From a virus, in IMG/VR virus record IMGVR_UViG_3300042090_002148: 64,000 nucleotides of DNA; one strand, given 5' to 3'. This document shows, piece by piece, positions 60,204 to 64,000 of this stretch. The position numbers were made by a program, and so were the translations under genes. A model generated the notes under the pieces. It saw nothing but the letters and a program-made list of their open reading frames with translations. It did no database searches and was not told the DNA's origin. Positions within the stretch are counted from its first letter, which is position 1; the number at the start of each line of letters is the position of its first letter.

Positions 60204-61372
60204 GGGATGCTTTCCTTGGTCATGGCGTCCGCGAGAAACTTCCCGGCCTCGGACTGCAGCAGCATCTTCTTGTCCACGTCCTCGCTCTTCGAGGCGATGT
60301 GGCCGAGCGCGCTCGAGATGAAGTAGAGGTTCGGCACACGCTCATTCTCGGGGGTGTAGCTGATGGGCGGGAGGTCGATGATGTCGTCCCCCTTGTCGAC
60401 GGCCATCTGCAGCCAGGCCATCTCGCTCTTTGTAAGCACGCCCTGAAGACGGCTGCGCACCTTGGTCCAGGGGATCTTCTCCTCGTGTGCGTAGCGAAGG
60501 GCGAAGAGAACGCGCTCGACCGTCTTCTCCGAGAGCTGCGCCTGCACTGCGTCGCGGATGGCCGAGCTCTGCGCAGCCACCTCCTTGTGCATCGTCTCCT
60601 CGCTGATCTCGAGGTCGCTGTCGGTGATGACGCTGCCAAGGTGCACGCGGCTGATGGTCTCATCAAGCACCGCCGAGGTCGCCGTCTTCGCGCGCCAGAT
60701 GGTCTGGCAGACCGAGAGCTTGCCCGCCCCGAAGTCGCTGTTGCTCCACTCCACGCCGATGCCGACGTGCTCTCCGGGGAAGGCCTCGAAGACGTTGGGC
60801 AGCAGGCACTTGAGGCTGGAGCGAACGGGGGAGCTCGCTGCTTCGATGGGGCGGGCTCCCATCTCCGTGCACACATCACGGAAGGCCTTGAGCAGGGGCT
60901 GGCTGGCGAGGTGGCGGTTGAACCGCGAGCTCAGGAAGCCGCGCAGCTCGTCGTTGACCGTGCGATGGAGGAAGCGTGCCGGCGCTCCGCTGCGGTCCTT
61001 GAACTCCTGCATGGAGAAGAGCTCGCGCAGGTTGTTCGCGAGGAGATGCAGCCGAGGGAGCTTCTCCTCCGCACGCGGTGGTGTCAGCAAGCTGTTGGTG
61101 AAGTTCATCGGCAGCGTCGCCTTCTGGCACAGCTGGCCCAGGGCGTGACGGTGGATGCTGACGTCCTTCGAGCCGTCGTACCGGATGCGCAGAGCCTCGG
61201 TCACGCCGCTCACGAAGAACGTCATCCGCTCGACGGGCACCAGCTTGTCGACGATGAGCGTGTTCGCCACCACTGTGACCAGTGCGTCCTCCTGGAGCTT
61301 TCCTGCAGCAAACCGCTTCATGAGATCGCTCTGCGACTTCTCGTACGTGTCGAACAATCCTACTTGTTGCAT
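60200..61372 (-). CDS. DUF932-like protein
   Basis: HRHALGQLCQK...RTVNDELRGFLSSRF...SNSDFGAGKL...RVHLG. Confidence 0.6.
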   Translation of the reverse strand: MQQVGLFDTYEKSQSDLMKRFAAGKLQEDALVTVVANTLIVDKLVPVERMTFFVSGVTEALRIRYDGSKDVSIHRHALGQLCQKATLPMNFTNSLLTPPRAEEKLPRLHLLANNLRELFSMQEFKDRSGAPARFLHRTVNDELRGFLSSRFNRHLASQPLLKAFRDVCTEMGARPIEAASSPVRSSLKCLLPNVFEAFPGEHVGIGVEWSNSDFGAGKLSVCQTIWRAKTATSAVLDETISRVHLGSVITDSDLEISEETMHKEVAAQSSAIRDAVQAQLSEKTVERVLFALRYAHEEKIPWTKVRSRLQGVLTKSEMAWLQMAVDKGDDIIDLPPISYTPENERVPNLYFISSALGHIASKSEDVDKKMLLQSEAGKFLADAMTKESIP

Positions 61373-61379
61373 CGTTCTC

Positions 61380-61535
61380 CTAGTGATGATGCTCTGCTAC
61401 TGCCTTGCAGAACGTGATGACTTCTTCGTCCGAGAAGTCTTGTCGCGCGAGATTCGCCATGACAGCGAGGAACCGCACGTTGCCTTTTATGTAACCCTCA
61501 GCATTACGGATACGATCTAGACTCGCGCTGAAAGC
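61380..61535 (-). pseudogene. C-terminal remnant of an HNH-type homing endonuclease (no start codon, not in track)
   Basis: AFSASLDRIRNAEGYIKGNVRFLAVMANLARQDFSDEEVITFCKAVAEHHH*; AT-richer; in frame behind the TAA of 61536..61775. Confidence 0.75.
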
Positions 61536-61775
61536 TTAGGCTTGGCCAACGACCTGCTTCTTCCCGAAGATGGTGTCGTAGTTGTTCCGGTACTGCGCGG
61601 TCGCCACCTGGGCGGGACCACCTGCCGACGTCGCGTTCTCTGCGTCGCGTCCTTCAAGGGCATCGGCGAACTGTCTGAAGATCTGGCCGACCCCGCAGTC
61701 TTCGCGGTGCTCTGCCGCGGCCCTGCGAAGGACAGCGGCAACTGGGTTCTCTGGTTTCTTCCCGTCGTCACTCAT
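61536..61775 (-). CDS. Hypothetical protein
   Basis: 79 aa, GGPAQVAT.QYRNNYDTIFGKK. Confidence 0.6.
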   Translation of the reverse strand: MSDDGKKPENPVAAVLRRAAAEHREDCGVGQIFRQFADALEGRDAENATSAGGPAQVATAQYRNNYDTIFGKKQVVGQA

Positions 61776-62607
61776 CCGCTTGTCCTGGGTTCAGGTACTT
61801 CTTCAAGACGGTGCCCATCTGCGTCTTCATGCGTGCGATCTGGCTGTCGGACTTGCCCATCTTCTTGGCGAGGACACCGGTGCGCGTGATCTTGGCGTGG
61901 TCGTTCTTCCCGAAGGTGTAGTTGAACAGCGTGTGCATGTCCGGCTTGTTCGGGAAGATGGTGTGCAACGTGTTGGCGGCGAGCTCGAGCTGCTGCTCCT
62001 CAAACGCGCGTCCCCCGACGTTGGAGCCGGGGGTGTAGTCGAACTCCTCGGAGCCAGCGAACATGCCAGCGGGAATGTCTCGACGTTGCGCCTTCTGGAT
62101 CTCTCCGATGAGCTTCGGCGTGAGCTTCCGGAAGTCGTGGTCCGGATCCTTCAGCATGTGCGTGTGGATCTCGTCGTTCGTGGGCTCGCGTCCGAGCTCG
62201 TCGAGCAGCGCATCCTTTGCTCGATTGATGTGGCCGATGTACCGGGCCTTCTCCTCGGGGATGTAGCCGGTGTTCTGGTGCTTGTTGTTGTAGCGCTGCA
62301 CCTTGATGAGGTGGTTCTCGACGTGCGTGTTGAGTGCCGCACCCTTGGTCGGGTCGTAGGTCCTGAACGCCTCGATGGCGTGCTTCTGGAGCTGGGAGCG
62401 GAACGCGCTCTCCGGCACCATCGGGGCCTTCCAAGTCGAAACCTTCCTGGTGAAGACCGGCGCGTACAGCTTGAGGAGCGGCTCGAGATGCTCAGGCTTC
62501 TGCCCGTTCTCCTTCCACTTCCTCCACAGCGAGAGCTCGTGCTCCTTGCGTGCTGATGGGGCCCCGGCCTCTTTCGAGCCCAGGTACTCAGCGAGCGGAT
62601 TGCTCAT
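61768..62607 (-). CDS. Phage RNA polymerase sigma factor, sigma-70 family, FliA/WhiG (sigma28)-like
   Basis: 279 aa; region 2 AIEAFRTYDPTKGAALNTHVENHL, region 3 LGREPTNDEI, region 4 LAKKMGKSDSQIARMKTQ; AGGAG RBS before ATG at 62607. Confidence 0.8.
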   Translation of the reverse strand: MSNPLAEYLGSKEAGAPSARKEHELSLWRKWKENGQKPEHLEPLLKLYAPVFTRKVSTWKAPMVPESAFRSQLQKHAIEAFRTYDPTKGAALNTHVENHLIKVQRYNNKHQNTGYIPEEKARYIGHINRAKDALLDELGREPTNDEIHTHMLKDPDHDFRKLTPKLIGEIQKAQRRDIPAGMFAGSEEFDYTPGSNVGGRAFEEQQLELAANTLHTIFPNKPDMHTLFNYTFGKNDHAKITRTGVLAKKMGKSDSQIARMKTQMGTVLKKYLNPGQADE

Positions 62608-62618
62608 GTGACTCCTGT

Positions 62619-63026
62619 CTAGCGATGACCCACGATGCGCATGACGCTGTCGGTGAGGGTCTCGCTTGCGTCCTTCTCGGAATGCTCCGCCACGGGCAGG
62701 CGCCCGCGCTGGAGGAGCGGAGTGTGCGGATGGCCGTCGCGAGCGTTCTCGAAGAGCTCGGACATCATGGCCTGCTCGGGGGTGGCCGAGGTACGGGGCG
62801 AGTCGAAGAGACGCTCGATCATGTCGGCGCGTGTGTCCTTCGCCGCGCGCATGACGCCCTTGCTGTAGATGTCGGGGTAGCCGTTGGCCCCCTCGGGCGG
62901 CTGGTCCCCCCACTTCGCGTTCAGCGTCCCCGGCTTCCTACCGTCGGACTGCTCGTAGACGTTGTTCACGCTGACGTTCGTGTCCTCGAGGTTCGTCTCT
63001 GCGGCGTCTGCTTGCTTCTCGTTCAT
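62619..63026 (-). CDS. Hypothetical protein
   Basis: 135 aa, AGGAG RBS, TACAAT upstream. Confidence 0.6.
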   Translation of the reverse strand: MNEKQADAAETNLEDTNVSVNNVYEQSDGRKPGTLNAKWGDQPPEGANGYPDIYSKGVMRAAKDTRADMIERLFDSPRTSATPEQAMMSELFENARDGHPHTPLLQRGRLPVAEHSEKDASETLTDSVMRIVGHR

Positions 63027-63056
63027 GGCGGGGACTCCTGCTGGGATTGTACTCGG

Positions 63057-63512
63057 TCAGGCCGGAGGCTGGTAGGCCCAGGCCTTGTTCCGCGCATCCC
63101 ATCGGTCGAAGCAGGCACGGCTGCAGAAGGTGTGAGTGCCGTTGCCATGCAAGGGGATGAGGCACAGCCGACAAACGCGCTCGGTCGGCGTTTCGTACAT
63201 GACGACCTTCCTCGTCTCCTGGTTGTGCAGGTCCTTCTCCTGCGCGAGCTCGCGCTGCAGCTGCTGGAGCTCCTGTCCGAGGCGCAGGACGGAGCTCCGC
63301 ATCGCCGCGATGACCGCCTGCTCGAAGTCGCCGGCGTAGAAGCGGATGTCCTGGTTCAGCCGAGTCACGACGGCCTCCTTCAGGGCCTCGTCGTTGTACT
63401 CCCCCTGCAGCGTGATGGTGAGGTGCCGGTTCCCGTTCGCTAGCTCGCTCACCTTCACGCCGATGCAGTGCATGTCGATGCCCGGTGCTGACCGGTCTTC
63501 ATTCATGATCAT
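63057..63512 (-). CDS. Coiled-coil protein with C-terminal zinc finger
   Basis: CRLC...FCSRAC. Confidence 0.6.
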   Translation of the reverse strand: MIMNEDRSAPGIDMHCIGVKVSELANGNRHLTITLQGEYNDEALKEAVVTRLNQDIRFYAGDFEQAVIAAMRSSVLRLGQELQQLQRELAQEKDLHNQETRKVVMYETPTERVCRLCLIPLHGNGTHTFCSRACFDRWDARNKAWAYQPPA

Positions 63513-63987
63513 TCGCCTTCACCTCCAAGAGTCGTTTGCCTTGTTCCACTGCGAAGTCTGGGCTGCCGTGCGTGTAGCAGACCTCGAAGAGAGCCTCCCC
63601 GAGCTTGCGGGCATGCGCACAGGTCTGCTCGCGGGCGTACGTCTGCGTCGCCACAACCCCGGCACGTGCAGCCAGGAGCGCAAGCCTTGTTTTCTCCCTG
63701 CGTGCGTCCGCCAGCTGTCTTGGACCACGTCGCTCCTCTGGCGTGTCGAGCTTGAAGACAACGTGTGCGACGACGGCCTCGTTGATGCTCTCGTCGATCT
63801 TCTTGATCCAGAGCTCGAGGTACTCCGGGTTCAGCAGGTCCCCCTTCGAGGACATCGAGGGAATCAGCCGGTCCTTGTTCCGGATGATCTGCCAGACGTC
63901 CCCCGAGAGGAAGGCCACGTTGAGGAAGATGTTCGATGCCTCCCACGCGCGAGCGCGTGTCTTGGCGTAAGAGCGTGGCTCCCTCAA
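63499..63987 (-). CDS. Hypothetical protein (may start beyond the window edge)
   Basis: GC3-rich frame open to the window end. Confidence 0.55.
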   Translation of the reverse strand: MREPRSYAKTRARAWEASNIFLNVAFLSGDVWQIIRNKDRLIPSMSSKGDLLNPEYLELWIKKIDESINEAVVAHVVFKLDTPEERRGPRQLADARREKTRLALLAARAGVVATQTYAREQTCAHARKLGEALFEVCYTHGSPDFAVEQGKRLLEVKANDHE

Positions 63988-64000
63988 AGGATCCAGGTCT

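Noticed and set aside
61768-62913. Long N-terminal extensions in track ORFs (also 1955..2986, 8772..9287, 29750..30943, 39121..39759)
   Set aside because: They overlap upstream genes in shadow frames; internal starts, most with a clear RBS or stop-start overlap, were used instead.
1-64000. Dozens of long plus-strand and alternative-frame ORFs in the track (e.g. 4985..7018, 11324..13507, 41742..42941, 60173..61417)
   Set aside because: Antisense or frame shadows of GC3-rich minus-strand genes: Arg/Ala/Pro-rich, no RBS, no family motifs.
1-64000. tRNA, rRNA, CRISPR array, integrase, reverse transcriptase/DGR
   Set aside because: I saw no cloverleaf/TPsiC pattern, spaced repeats or catalytic motifs; a tRNAscan/CRISPR scan would be needed to exclude them formally.

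Overview
The window is a 64-kb piece of a large, high-GC tailed bacteriophage genome, most likely a jumbo-type myovirus. A Myxococcota-like soil host is plausible but cannot be shown from sequence alone. Almost all real genes are on the minus strand and densely coupled by ATGA/TGATG overlaps; most long plus-strand ORFs in the track are antisense shadows. 1-14 kb holds tail/baseplate genes (two glycine-rich fibre-like paralogs, a 1428-aa modular fibre/spike, a 1386-aa baseplate J-like protein, a gp25-like wedge). 14-25 kb holds nucleotide/DNA-metabolism and lysis-type genes (RNase HII, 5'(3')-deoxyribonucleotidase, MazG-like pyrophosphatases, DEDDh exonuclease, DUF1906 hydrolase, adenine MTase) interleaved with homing endonucleases. 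25-57 kb holds many small accessory genes plus an SF1B helicase, ThyX and one large virion-like gene. 57-64 kb holds Ig-like virion proteins, a DUF932-like protein and a FliA/sigma28-like sigma factor. The most striking signal is regulatory. Thirteen intergenic copies of a bipartite motif, CAA-N15(14)-[C/A]G[G/A]NA[C/T]AAG, have exactly the sigma28 promoter geometry, and 12 intrinsic terminators all end in a conserved TTAG(C) tail, often fused directly to that promoter. Other unannotated items are a promoter-to-terminator ~300-nt structured non-coding unit, two homing-endonuclease relics absent from the ORF track, a gene split by an in-frame TGA, a Zn-ribbon insertion in ThyX, a giant-virus-type glycosyltransferase and two minimal nucleotidyltransferases. 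Family assignments are from motif recognition only; no searches were run.
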